A stretch of 64,000 nt of DNA from an uncultured Thermoplasmatales archaeon (GTDB lineage: Archaea > Thermoplasmatota > E2 > DHVEG-1). Position numbers and translations under genes: made by a program. Below, one piece after another: positions 52,146 to 63,136 of this stretch. Numbering within the stretch: the stretch's first letter is position 1; every line of letters begins with the position of its first letter. The DNA lies in assembly GCA_964615235.1 (NCBI GenBank), contig CAZTMK010000001.1, forward strand, positions 6,987 through 70,986. Direction: 5' to 3'. The notes under the pieces were generated by a model. That model made no database searches, was not told the DNA's origin, and saw nothing but the letters and a program-made list of their open reading frames with translations.

Positions 52146-52991
52146 TTATTTTCCAAATCTTCTTTTACGTTGTTGCCATGTTTTAATCGCTTTAAGAAAA
52201 TCCCTTTTTTGAAATGCAGGCCAAAAAACATCTGAAAAATACAACTCAGAATAAGCTAATTGCCATAACAAAAAATTGGAGATGCGTTCCTCACCTGAAG
52301 TCCTTAGAATAAGATCTGGATCTGGTAGCCCATTTGTATACATATATCTAGAAACAACTGTTTCTTTAATGTCATTAACATCTAATGAGCCTTTTTTAAC
52401 ATCTTTTGCGATATTTTTGATTGCTCTAGTTATTTCTTCCCTTCCACCATATGCTATAGCAATATTGAGAGAATATTTATCGTATTCTTTTGTTTTATTT
52501 TGTAATATTTTTGCGGATTTTTTTATTTCTTCTGGTAGAGACTCAATATGACCAATTATTCTAACTTTTACCTTATTTTTGTGAATTCGGTGATCTTCTG
52601 CGGCCTTATCCATTTCCTCTTTACATAGTTTCATTAATGACTTTATTTCTTTGCTTTGTCGCAGAAAATTTTCTGTGGAAAATGCATATAATGTAAGATT
52701 TTTTATCTTTAATTCGAAACACCAATCAAGCAATTCCTCAATTTTATCCCTACCAAAAACGTGACCTGCATCTGGTATTAATCCTAAACCCGTTGCAAAT
52801 CTTCTATTACCATCCATAATTATTGCTACATGGCCTGGGACAGGGTTTTTTTTTATTTCTTCTATTAGTTTGAAATCTCGTAACTTATTGATTTTTCTTG
52901 TTACATATGTATAAATATCAGAACTTAAAATCATTGTAGCAAGTTTTCTTGCTACATCACTATGTATTGCGTATTCTTCCAATTTTGACAA
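52146..52991 (-). CDS. uppS: cis-Prenyltransferase (undecaprenyl/dolichyl diphosphate synthase)
   Basis: GHVAIIMDGNRRFA and FSTENF(L)R motifs. Confidence 0.75.
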   Translation of the reverse strand: MSKLEEYAIHSDVARKLATMILSSDIYTYVTRKINKLRDFKLIEEIKKNPVPGHVAIIMDGNRRFATGLGLIPDAGHVFGRDKIEELLDWCFELKIKNLTLYAFSTENFLRQSKEIKSLMKLCKEEMDKAAEDHRIHKNKVKVRIIGHIESLPEEIKKSAKILQNKTKEYDKYSLNIAIAYGGREEITRAIKNIAKDVKKGSLDVNDIKETVVSRYMYTNGLPDPDLILRTSGEERISNFLLWQLAYSELYFSDVFWPAFQKRDFLKAIKTWQQRKRRFGK

Positions 52992-53305
52992 TTGGTGCCC
53001 TGCAATTGTTCTTAAAGAAGGTTTCTTTAAAGAAATATCTCTTACCCCGTTCCTTTAACTAATATATTAATGTTTATAAAGTTTAAGTATAAAGTGATTT
53101 TAATATCTATAAAAGGTAATTTGAGTGGGATTTGCATTTGTCGATCAAAATTGGTTAAATGGAATTTATACTTGATCCCAAAAGACTGAAACTTACTTTA
53201 ATATCAAAAAATAAAAAACCTGGTGATTTTTAAAGCGAATTCAACCTAACATATGGATTTAAATAACAAGAATGTATTCCAGCCTCCTAATCAAAAGGTG
53301 ATAGC

Positions 53306-53527
53306 CTGGGTAACATCAGACCAACATTCATAAAAACAATTGCAAAAGATCTTATTGAACAGTACCCTAACCAGTTTCTACCAGATAATTTTCAACACAA
53401 TAAGGATAAAGTAGCTGAATTAAGTAACGGTGCTAGTAAATTATTGAGAAATCGCATTGCTGGTTATATTACTCGCTATCTTGTATCATCTAATAAAGGA
53501 AGAACAAATCAACCCATTTCTGAGTAA
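53306..53527 (+). CDS. rps17e: Ribosomal protein S17e with apparent non-canonical (CTG) start
   Basis: Translation GNIRPTFIKTIAKDLIEQYPNQFLPDNFQHNKDKVAELSNGASKLLRNRIAGYITRY... matches S17e. The codon at the expected Met position is CTG (53306-53308). There is no in-frame ATG, GTG or TTG after the upstream TAA stop. Confidence 0.55.
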   Translation: MGNIRPTFIKTIAKDLIEQYPNQFLPDNFQHNKDKVAELSNGASKLLRNRIAGYITRYLVSSNKGRTNQPISE

Positions 53528-53560
53528 TAACCAATAATTATTTTACGGGAGGTAAATTCA

Positions 53561-54273
53561 ATGTTGGGTGACCGTAAGGAAGTGATAGAAAAAGCAAAAG
53601 CCGATCTTCAAAGTGGAAAATTCGTTTTAATATATGATGATGATAAAAGAGAGGGCGAAACAGACATCGTCATGGCCAGCGAATTTGTAAAACCTCCATC
53701 AATTAAAACAATGAGAAAAGATGGTGGAGGACTTATATTTATAATGGTTTCCCATTCCATTGCTAATAAACTGCAACTGCCTTTCCTTTCTGATCTCTTT
53801 TCAGTAAATGAAGAGCAATATCCAGTTTTTAAGCATCTTGTACCAAACGACATTCCTTATGATACAAAATCTTCATTTTCCGTATATATAAATCATCGCG
53901 ATACCTATACAGGTATAACAGACATTGACAGAAGCTTGACAATGAAGAATTTTGCAGAACTTGCAAAAAAAATTAACAACATTGATACTAAAGAATCATT
54001 GAAAATTTTTGGAAAGGAGTTTCGTTCACCTGGTCACATACCCATATGTGTCTCTGCAGAAAATCTTCTCGACGAGAGACAGGGCCATACCGAACTGGTT
54101 GTCTCATTACTTATCATGGCTAATCTCACCCCTGTTGGAAGCGGCTGTGAAATGATGGGAGAAAACGGCAAGGCCTTGTCAAAGCAGGATGCAATAGATT
54201 ACGCAAAGGATAAGGACTTAGTTTTTATAGAAGGAAAAGACATCAAAAAGGCGTGGAACAAATGGTCACAATA

Positions 54274-54274
<1 letters not shown>
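53561..54274 (+). CDS. ribB: 3,4-Dihydroxy-2-butanone 4-phosphate synthase
   Basis: DDDKREGETDIVMASE matches the RibB DxxRENEGD active-site motif. Confidence 0.65.
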
Positions 54275-55184
<910 letters not shown>

Positions 55185-55191
55185 GGAGGTA

Positions 55192-55623
55192 ATGAAATCT
55201 ATGGTAAACGAAGATAAGATACAGATAGGTGCTGTTGTGGCTGAATTCAACTACGACATCACGATGATGATGCTTGAAAGAGCAAAAGAACATGCACAAT
55301 TTCTTGGTGCAGAAATCACAAACATTGTAAAGGTTCCGGGTGTTTTTGACATGGGGCTGGCCATAAAAAAACTCCTTGAAAAAAAGAGTATTCATGGGGT
55401 TGTTGCTTTGGGTGCCGTAATTGAAGGCGAAACCGAGCATGACGACATTGTTATCCAGCATGCAGCAAGAAAAATTGCCGATCTATCTATAGAATATGGT
55501 AAACCAGTTGGTTTAGGAATTTCTGGACCGGGTATGAGCAGATTACAAGCCCAAGAAAGAATCGATAGAGCAAAAGCAGCAGTAGAAGCAGTTGTTAAGC
55601 TGCACCGAAGATTGAGATTATAA
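55192..55623 (+). CDS. ribH: 6,7-Dimethyl-8-ribityllumazine synthase
   Basis: [16 protein letters not shown] and [14 protein letters not shown] motifs. Confidence 0.7.
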   Translation: MKSMVNEDKIQIGAVVAEFNYDITMMMLERAKEHAQFLGAEITNIVKVPGVFDMGLAIKKLLEKKSIHGVVALGAVIEGETEHDDIVIQHAARKIADLSIEYGKPVGLGISGPGMSRLQAQERIDRAKAAVEAVVKLHRRLRL

Positions 55624-55634
55624 AAATCTCTTAA

Positions 55635-56183
55635 TCATATTTTCTTTTCATCTATTAATTTAAAAATTGATGGAAGATGAATTATATATGACCCATCTTT
55701 TTGAATAATAACTGGCTCTTTTTCCAATAATCCTTTTAAATCGATATTATATCGTCCGGGTTTTTCAATATCGATAGTTTCAGGAACGTCTGGTCCTTCT
55801 AACTCTGTCTTAATTTTGTCAATTATTTTTCTTCTGTATTCTTCATCAATTATATTGCCGATATCTTTATTTGAATCAAAAATTTCTTCTTTTTTCTCGA
55901 TTTCCGGTAAATGCTGTTTAAATGCCTTTCTAACATCTTTTGGTTTCAATTTTAGCCAGTTGCCTGATTTATCAATTACATCCTTCTGATCTAATTGCAT
56001 CAAATCCATTATAGTTGAATTTATGTCCTTTCCAACTTTTTCCACTATTGCGTTTCGTTCCTCATCACCGATCGGTTCCTTGGTAAAGAAAAATCGATTT
56101 CCTCCACATCGAGGACAACCTTTCAGAAGTTGAGACGAACCTTCTTCAAATACATGCCCACATTTTAAACATTGATGTGGCAT
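55635..56183 (-). CDS. DUF2072-like zinc-ribbon protein
   Basis: N-terminal CLKCGH...CPRCGG zinc ribbon. Its partners fit the conserved archaeal DUF2072/DUF2073/GTPase neighbourhood. Confidence 0.45.
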   Translation of the reverse strand: MPHQCLKCGHVFEEGSSQLLKGCPRCGGNRFFFTKEPIGDEERNAIVEKVGKDINSTIMDLMQLDQKDVIDKSGNWLKLKPKDVRKAFKQHLPEIEKKEEIFDSNKDIGNIIDEEYRRKIIDKIKTELEGPDVPETIDIEKPGRYNIDLKGLLEKEPVIIQKDGSYIIHLPSIFKLIDEKKI

Positions 56184-56566
56184 TACTTGGTTCCCCTACC
56201 CGGAATTATCTTAGTTTGAATCATATTGCTGTCCTTTCTAACAGTTTTTAATAAATCAGCTGGGCCTATAACAGTCATTCGTGGTTTCTTTATTTTTCCC
56301 AGGATTTTTTGTAAAAAAGAGGTTTTCTCCTCACCATAACCTTCCATTTCTATGCCTATAAAAGTGTCATGTTCAATTTTTTCCATAGTCTGCTCAATCA
56401 AACTAGCCTGTTCAACAGAGGTGAGTCCATTTTCCAAAACTAAGACTTTTCCGTTTTTTATTTCATTAAGAATAAACTTTAATTTTTCATCTGTGGAAAA
56501 TTCTTCCAATTTTTGTCTTGATACTAGGTTTACTGAAATCCCTTTATCTTTACCCCCCATGATCAT
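56183..56566 (-). CDS. DUF2073-like protein
   Basis: 127 aa; overlaps both neighbouring genes by 1-4 nt, indicating one operon. Confidence 0.4.
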   Translation of the reverse strand: MIMGGKDKGISVNLVSRQKLEEFSTDEKLKFILNEIKNGKVLVLENGLTSVEQASLIEQTMEKIEHDTFIGIEMEGYGEEKTSFLQKILGKIKKPRMTVIGPADLLKTVRKDSNMIQTKIIPGRGTK

Positions 56567-57228
56567 CTACCCCGTCTACGTTTTCGTTTACTAAATTCTT
56601 TTACCATATGAGTATACAAATTTTCCGCATTGTAACCAGTCAAGGCACTTACAGGAATGACTGGATGTTGTGGAAACGCCGATTTAAGGGTAGCTGGGCT
56701 AGAATCTTCCATATCAATTTTGTTTGCAGCAATTAGAACGGGAAGATTTCTTGCTTCTAAATTACCAATAATTGTAACATTAACTTGAGTGAATGGATCT
56801 TGAGTAGAGTCCATAACCAGAAGAACGCCATCAACATTTTCAAGCCAGCGGATAGATTCAATAACTCCTTCGGTAGCCTCTTTTGCCCGTTTTTTTGCTT
56901 CTTCGCGATTAAGACCAAAAGTATTCATAAATTCCTTATAATCAATTTTTGTAGCTATTCCGGGCGTATCGATAATATCCATCATAAGTGACGAAGAACC
57001 ATTTTCGACCCTGACATTTTTTTTACATTTTGCCACTCTAGTCTCATGAGGAATTTCAGATACGCTACCCATTATATCTCCGGTCCAATCTCTTAAAATC
57101 CTATTTGCCAGAGTTGTTTTACCAACATTAGGTGGCCCATAGATCCCGATTTTAGCATGTTTTTTACCGAAAATACGTTGAATAATTGAGGAAAAACTTC
57201 CTCTACCAAATAATCCCATCCAATTCAT
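56563..57228 (-). CDS. Small GTPase
   Basis: G1 GPPNVGKTT, G3 DTPG, G4 ANKID, G5 SAL. Confidence 0.6.
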   Translation of the reverse strand: MNWMGLFGRGSFSSIIQRIFGKKHAKIGIYGPPNVGKTTLANRILRDWTGDIMGSVSEIPHETRVAKCKKNVRVENGSSSLMMDIIDTPGIATKIDYKEFMNTFGLNREEAKKRAKEATEGVIESIRWLENVDGVLLVMDSTQDPFTQVNVTIIGNLEARNLPVLIAANKIDMEDSSPATLKSAFPQHPVIPVSALTGYNAENLYTHMVKEFSKRKRRRGR

Positions 57229-57428
57229 CCTCCTAGAAACTAGGAATCCCTAATGTATAGGGTATAATTTAATTAGTTTATTAGTTTAATGGTACAGTTG
57301 TTAATTAAACAAAATATCTATCAAATTCGTCAAAAAATTCTTTAGATTAGATGAGTGAAACAGCAGTTAATTAAATTTTATGACAATCCTTAAATATCAA
57401 CAATTTCATTAATACCTGTCTCAAAGAA

Positions 57429-58430
57429 GTGGGAGGCATGCTTATCATGAGTGAGGAAAATATGGTTGTGAAGAATACAGAGCATTTAGATTCTCTTGAG
57501 GAGAGATTGCGTCAAGCAACAATTGAGATTGATAATATCAAAACCTGTTTTTCAAAAGGAACTGAGGATTTGTCGAGAATCCAAACTATGCTTGATGTAG
57601 GTAACTTAGGCAACATAAATCAGCTTATCAACAAATATGAGTCGCAGATCAGTGAAGCCGAGAGAAAAATGGATGAGGCTTTTCAGGGAGCAAGAAAATA
57701 TAGCGAAGAGCTTGAAAAGGAGAAAGAAAGGCTCATTAAGCTCTGGGATGCTTATAAAAATCAGGAAGAGGAACTATCAACTACAGAATCAAAACTTGCT
57801 GATTTTGAGGATAAGGTCAGAACCGCCGAGGAGTCAAAAAGACAGCTTGAACAAGATCTAAGCACGAGAATAAACACACTTACTGCAAAACTTGAAGAAA
57901 ATGAAAGCAAGGTTAAACAATTTGATGAATATCAACAGCGCTTTGAAGAATTAAACAACATGAAAGCTCAGTACGAGCAAGAAACAAAAAGCTTAAAAGA
58001 TCAGCTAAACCAAAAAACCCAGACAATTAACACGCTTCAACAAAATCTAGAAAAGGCAAAAGAATTTGAAAAATATGCTGAATATAAAACAAAATTTGAC
58101 GATGTTTCTGCTCAATACGAAAAGGAGAAAGAAAGACTAACTAAACTTTATCATCTTTATGAGGAAACAGAAAGTGAATGTAAACAACTAAGAGAGGAAA
58201 ATCAATCCTGGCAAAACTGGTTTAATTCAAACAAGCAGATATTTGATAAACTCTTTTCTGCCGTTCCGCCCATTAGAAGTACCGCACATAAAAGCCCAAC
58301 CTCTAAGGAATCTAAAGCCCCGACTGCTGTCCAAGAAGAAGATAAAAAGTCACATCCAGAAAAAGAAGATAAAGAAATAAATCAAACTGATTCTAAGCCT
58401 AAAAAAAGACGGTTAAGATTCAAAAAATAA
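57429..58430 (+). CDS. Coiled-coil protein with lysine-rich C-terminal tail
   Basis: Long heptad-repeat region and a KKRRLRFKK tail. Convergent with rad50. Confidence 0.35.
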   Translation: MGGMLIMSEENMVVKNTEHLDSLEERLRQATIEIDNIKTCFSKGTEDLSRIQTMLDVGNLGNINQLINKYESQISEAERKMDEAFQGARKYSEELEKEKERLIKLWDAYKNQEEELSTTESKLADFEDKVRTAEESKRQLEQDLSTRINTLTAKLEENESKVKQFDEYQQRFEELNNMKAQYEQETKSLKDQLNQKTQTINTLQQNLEKAKEFEKYAEYKTKFDDVSAQYEKEKERLTKLYHLYEETESECKQLREENQSWQNWFNSNKQIFDKLFSAVPPIRSTAHKSPTSKESKAPTAVQEEDKKSHPEKEDKEINQTDSKPKKRRLRFKK

Positions 58431-58441
58431 ACCGTTCTTTT

Positions 58442-60547
58442 TTATTCTATTTTTACTGTGCTTGTTCCGTCTTCATTTTCACTAACATAAATAATATTTT
58501 CCATGTAGTTTTTAACATCATCGATATGTGTAATAAGAAAAATTTGCCTAAATTTAGATGACAGAGTATTTAGTGCCCGCATTATGTTTTGACGCCTGAT
58601 AGAATCTTGGGAGCCAAATATTTCATCTAGAATGATAAAATTGAAAAGTCCCCCCGCACGTTCTGTAATAATTTCCGAAATTGCAAGTCTAAGGCATAAA
58701 TTTGATAAATCCTCTTCTCCACCAGAAAATCTTTTGATTGGAAACTGTTCTCCCCTGTCATAAACCTTAATATCATAATTTTCGTCTAGTTCAATTTGGC
58801 TGTATTTGCCATCTGTAAAAAGATCAAAAAATTCTGATGCATATGATGATAAAGTGGGTCCGACCCTAGAAATTAAATCTGTTCGGAATGAATTCATTAA
58901 ATCTTTGAGCATGCTGAGTTGCTGAACGGTTTTCTTCTCTTCTTTTATTATTTTTTCAAAATTCTCTAGTTCCTTTATGGTTTTCTTAAGAGTTAGAATT
59001 TTATGATTATGGATCTGTTTAGTGCTTTTAACTCGTTCCAAATGGATTTTTTCTTCACTTAAATTTTCTTTCTTTTCATTTACGACTTTTTGACTACACT
59101 CATATTTAGCATAGGTTTCCTCTAGTTTGGATTTTAAGCTTGAACATTTATCCTCATCAAAAGTAATTTTAACTAATTTTATAAGTAAGTTTTCTTTTTC
59201 TTTTTTATCCCCTTTTTCCTTGTCAATCTCAGATATTATATTATCAATGTTTACCAACAATCTATCTTTTTGCTTTAATTGTTCATTAAAATATTTTCTT
59301 TTCTTTTCTATTGCTTTTTTTTCACGATCAATTTTATCTTGATTTTCTTTATCTTTTTTAATTTCTATCGATAGATTAGTTATGCGTTTATCTTTTTCAG
59401 TTATTTTGATACTAAATTTTTCCAAAAGTTTACTATATTGATTACCAAGGATTCTTTCACATGTTGGGCAAGAAGCTTCTGGGCCCATTTTAGTAATTTT
59501 ATTATTTTTTTCTTTTAAAATTTTAATTTCATCTTTTATTGTATCAATCATTGTATTTTTTTGTTGAATAATTTTGACAGAATCCAATATACTGTAGTTA
59601 ATTTTTTTTAAACGATTTTCAATTTGATCAATATCTGAATCGATTTTTAAAAAATTCTTAAGTTTGTTCTTTGTCTCACTTAATATTTTTTCTCTGGCCT
59701 GAATTGAATCTAGTAACTTTGTGATTTCTTTTTGAAGTGTTTTTTTGGATTCAAATATTTGTCTTTTTTCGTCAAATTTGTCTTTTTCTTTTTGCAATTC
59801 TTCAAATCGATTTTTAATTTCTTGATATTTATCTTCGGCTTCCTTTACGCTATTATTCAACAATTCGATTTTGGAATTAATTTTATTTATCGCATCATCA
59901 AAAATTTTATTTTTTCTTTCAAAATCTTTTAGTTCCTCTTTGTGCATTTGAATTTTATTTTTCCCTGTTTCATCCCAAAGATTCTGGGCTAATTTTTCTA
60001 CTATTGCAGATTTTTCTTTCCTATCATCCCTAATTGTTTTGATTATTTCGTCTAAAATATCTATTCCTAACATTTTTAAAATAAGTGGTCTTCTTTCGCT
60101 TGGATTCATTGTTGATAATGCATTCAGCTCTTTTTGTTTTGCAAAAATTGAGGTAAAAAATGATTTATAGTCCATGCCCAATTTTTTTTGAATATATTTA
60201 TTGGCAGATTCTACACCAGAAGCTGCACATTGGCCATTGACAAGTACCGTGGCTGTAGAGGATAGGTTTTTTCCCGACATTTCCCGAGTTACTCTATAGT
60301 AGTCATCAGAAAAAACAAATTCCAACTCAACCCTACAGGGATCTGAAGGATCAGCCACATTTAATCTAATTTGATCAGCTGATGTTCTTGCTGCATTAGG
60401 CCCATATAATGCCCAAGAAATCGCCTCAAAAATAGTTGATTTTCCTACTCCATTTAATCCTACAATACCTGTAACCCCATCTGGAAACTCGATACGCGTT
60501 TTTTTGAATTTTCTGTAATTTGTAAGCTGTAAATTCTTTAGTATCAT
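58442..60547 (-). CDS. rad50: DNA double-strand break repair ATPase Rad50
   Basis: Walker A GLNGVGKST, zinc hook CPTC, ABC signature FSGGEEDLSNL, Walker B FIILDE. Confidence 0.75.
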   Translation of the reverse strand: MILKNLQLTNYRKFKKTRIEFPDGVTGIVGLNGVGKSTIFEAISWALYGPNAARTSADQIRLNVADPSDPCRVELEFVFSDDYYRVTREMSGKNLSSTATVLVNGQCAASGVESANKYIQKKLGMDYKSFFTSIFAKQKELNALSTMNPSERRPLILKMLGIDILDEIIKTIRDDRKEKSAIVEKLAQNLWDETGKNKIQMHKEELKDFERKNKIFDDAINKINSKIELLNNSVKEAEDKYQEIKNRFEELQKEKDKFDEKRQIFESKKTLQKEITKLLDSIQAREKILSETKNKLKNFLKIDSDIDQIENRLKKINYSILDSVKIIQQKNTMIDTIKDEIKILKEKNNKITKMGPEASCPTCERILGNQYSKLLEKFSIKITEKDKRITNLSIEIKKDKENQDKIDREKKAIEKKRKYFNEQLKQKDRLLVNIDNIISEIDKEKGDKKEKENLLIKLVKITFDEDKCSSLKSKLEETYAKYECSQKVVNEKKENLSEEKIHLERVKSTKQIHNHKILTLKKTIKELENFEKIIKEEKKTVQQLSMLKDLMNSFRTDLISRVGPTLSSYASEFFDLFTDGKYSQIELDENYDIKVYDRGEQFPIKRFSGGEEDLSNLCLRLAISEIITERAGGLFNFIILDEIFGSQDSIRRQNIMRALNTLSSKFRQIFLITHIDDVKNYMENIIYVSENEDGTSTVKIE

Positions 60548-61683
60548 TTATCCTCTTTTTTTGATTCGACTTTTTTAATATAATCAAGACCCAATGCCAA
60601 TAATTTATCTTTGTCTTGAATTTCATTTTCATTTATAAAACGAGTAAATTCATCAGATAATGCATTAATTTTTGATCCGAAATTTCTATTCTTATACGTC
60701 TCATTAGAATTTCTGGGTCTAATTTCAAAATGAATTGAATCTGAACATTTTTTCCTGATACTGCTAAAGTCTAAACCTCTAAAAATATGAGATGGAATAG
60801 CGTCAAGTATGATTCTAAAAACTTTACCTGCTGGGTTAATATTTTCTATGGATCTATAGATTTGACTCATTACTTCATTTAAGGTCAAATTCGAGCAATC
60901 TACTGGAGGAACATCTACCACATTCCGAGTTTTTAATTGGATAAATTCAGAATTAATCTTTTTATCATTTAATTCAACTTGAATAAAACCCTTTTTTTCT
61001 CCTGCCTCATTAAAACTAAAACACTCAGTTGAGCCTGAATAATACGCTTTCTCAGTGACTTTTGAAAATTTGTGAAAATGACCTAATGCAACATAATCAA
61101 AATATGAATCAAGATATTTTTTAGGAATTATTAATTCATTAAACTCATTCATACAAAATGATTCAATTCCCCTTACACTGCCATGAACCATTAAAATATT
61201 GTAATTAGAGGAATTGTCTTTTTTTATTTGTCTTAAGTTATTTTCAAAATCTTCTTTTTTTGAAGACTGTGGAACAGCATGAATAGTTACTTTTTCTTTT
61301 CCAATATTAAATTGTATTGATTCATAGCTGGAACTATAAACCGGATAGACATTGTCAAGATGATCAAAAATACTGAATATATGCCCTGTTTCTCTAAGTT
61401 TTGGGTGCTCGTGATTTCCTGCAATAACTACAAAAGGTATTTTTTTTTCTGAAAGACGTAAAATTTGATCTATTGCAAAGGTTATTGCTCTGTTGTTTGG
61501 CCTAACCGAATCAAAAAGATCGCCTGCATGTATTATCAAATCAGGTTTATTTTCTATACAATAATCTACAAATTTTGTGAAAGCTTCATATGTATCTATC
61601 TCACGCTGATTTATTCCATCTGCACTAACTCTCCTGTAAGCAGAATAACCTAAATGGGTATCTGCAACATGAAAAATTTTCAT
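60544..61683 (-). CDS. mre11: DNA double-strand break repair nuclease Mre11
   Basis: Calcineurin-like phosphoesterase motifs HVADTHLG, GDLFD, GNHE. Overlaps the rad50 start by 4 nt. Confidence 0.75.
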   Translation of the reverse strand: MKIFHVADTHLGYSAYRRVSADGINQREIDTYEAFTKFVDYCIENKPDLIIHAGDLFDSVRPNNRAITFAIDQILRLSEKKIPFVVIAGNHEHPKLRETGHIFSIFDHLDNVYPVYSSSYESIQFNIGKEKVTIHAVPQSSKKEDFENNLRQIKKDNSSNYNILMVHGSVRGIESFCMNEFNELIIPKKYLDSYFDYVALGHFHKFSKVTEKAYYSGSTECFSFNEAGEKKGFIQVELNDKKINSEFIQLKTRNVVDVPPVDCSNLTLNEVMSQIYRSIENINPAGKVFRIILDAIPSHIFRGLDFSSIRKKCSDSIHFEIRPRNSNETYKNRNFGSKINALSDEFTRFINENEIQDKDKLLALGLDYIKKVESKKEDK

Positions 61684-61684
61684 A

Positions 61685-63124
61685 TTATCGTTTTTTTCGA
61701 TTCAATTTCATTGATACAACATCACAAGCTAGAGTAACAGCATCTAAAGTTGGAGCAATTGGTGGGGCGTAAGCAGTTTCAAGTTTTTTAAACAGGTCTA
61801 TGTTAAGTCTTCCTAAGACTGCTCCAGCGAATGTATTAATCCTTTGTGCTGCCTTGTCTCCTACTCCTTGGGCAGAGATTATTTCACCAGAATCTGCATT
61901 TACAAGAACCTTTATTGAGATTGATTTTCCTCCTGGAAAATATTCAGGAAGAGAGAAGCCATTAAACTTTCCTGTAACAATGTTTTCACTTTCAAAGCAG
62001 CTAAGTGTCGGACCAACTGCTGCAACCTCAAATCCAAAAATATCAGTAGTGCGGGTTTGCAATACTCCATTGGGCAGTGAGTAACTGCCTCCTGCTGCAT
62101 TAATACCCGCTGCAATGCCTTGTCTAACAACAATACTTCCCAATCCAATCGGAGCGGGTTTTTTTGTTACGAAGTCGATATATTCTGTGCAATCCCCAAT
62201 AGCATACAAATTTTTTATAGAGGTCTCAGATCGTTCATTTACGATTATGTGGCCATTTTTACCAAGCTTACACCCAGTCTTTTTTGCAAGTGATGTTTCT
62301 GGTTTTGTTCCTGTGGCAACCACCAGTATATCAGTTGGAATCTGGTTAATTACTCCACTTTCTCTATCTTGAATAGATACCGATTTTATTACTCCGTTTT
62401 CATGTTTAATTTCGTTAGCAAAATGATTCAAATAAATGTCTATCTTTTCTGATAATTGATCCTTAATTTGTGCAGACATATCAGGATCTAATGTATTTGA
62501 TAGAATATCCGGCAATGCCTCGACAACTGTTACATTAATGTTTTTTTCATAAAGACAGTCAGCCATTTCAAGACCGATTAATCCTGCCCCTATAACAGTT
62601 GCTTTTTTTCCTGGTGTTATTAAAGATTTAATCTTCTTTGCGTCATCAATTGTTCTTACTACGCCGACACCTTTTACAAATTTACCATCTTGTGAAAGAT
62701 TTTTTATAGGCGGTATTGCCGGTTCAGCCCCCGTTGCTATTATTACAGAAGTAAAAGGATATTCGATATATTTTCCGTTGTTATTTACTTTTATAATTTT
62801 TTCATTAACATCAATTTCCTCTACATTAGATTTTAAAAACAAATCAATTTTTGCTTTATTGAACCATTCTTCTGAAAATTCTATTAAATCTTCAAATCTA
62901 GGGATTTTTCCTGAAATTACATACGGTAGTCCACATTTTGAATACTGTGGATAAATACCTTTCTCAAAAACCGTAACACTTGCTTTGCGATCAGTTTTTC
63001 TGGCAAATTGAGCAGCTGTTCCACCACCTGCCCCACACCCCACTATTACAATTTTTCTTTCCTGATTCAAAGAAATCCCCATTTGGACTAACAAAATAAA
63101 TTTTTTATTTCTTTTGATGCGCAA
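61685..63124 (-). CDS. Pyridine nucleotide-disulfide oxidoreductase of the NADH oxidase/CoA-disulfide reductase family
   Basis: FAD motif IVGCGAGGG, single redox Cys in YSKCGLPYV, NAD motif VIGAGLIGLE. Confidence 0.55.
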   Translation of the reverse strand: MRIKRNKKFILLVQMGISLNQERKIVIVGCGAGGGTAAQFARKTDRKASVTVFEKGIYPQYSKCGLPYVISGKIPRFEDLIEFSEEWFNKAKIDLFLKSNVEEIDVNEKIIKVNNNGKYIEYPFTSVIIATGAEPAIPPIKNLSQDGKFVKGVGVVRTIDDAKKIKSLITPGKKATVIGAGLIGLEMADCLYEKNINVTVVEALPDILSNTLDPDMSAQIKDQLSEKIDIYLNHFANEIKHENGVIKSVSIQDRESGVINQIPTDILVVATGTKPETSLAKKTGCKLGKNGHIIVNERSETSIKNLYAIGDCTEYIDFVTKKPAPIGLGSIVVRQGIAAGINAAGGSYSLPNGVLQTRTTDIFGFEVAAVGPTLSCFESENIVTGKFNGFSLPEYFPGGKSISIKVLVNADSGEIISAQGVGDKAAQRINTFAGAVLGRLNIDLFKKLETAYAPPIAPTLDAVTLACDVVSMKLNRKKR

Positions 63125-63136
63125 TATAAGTTTATT

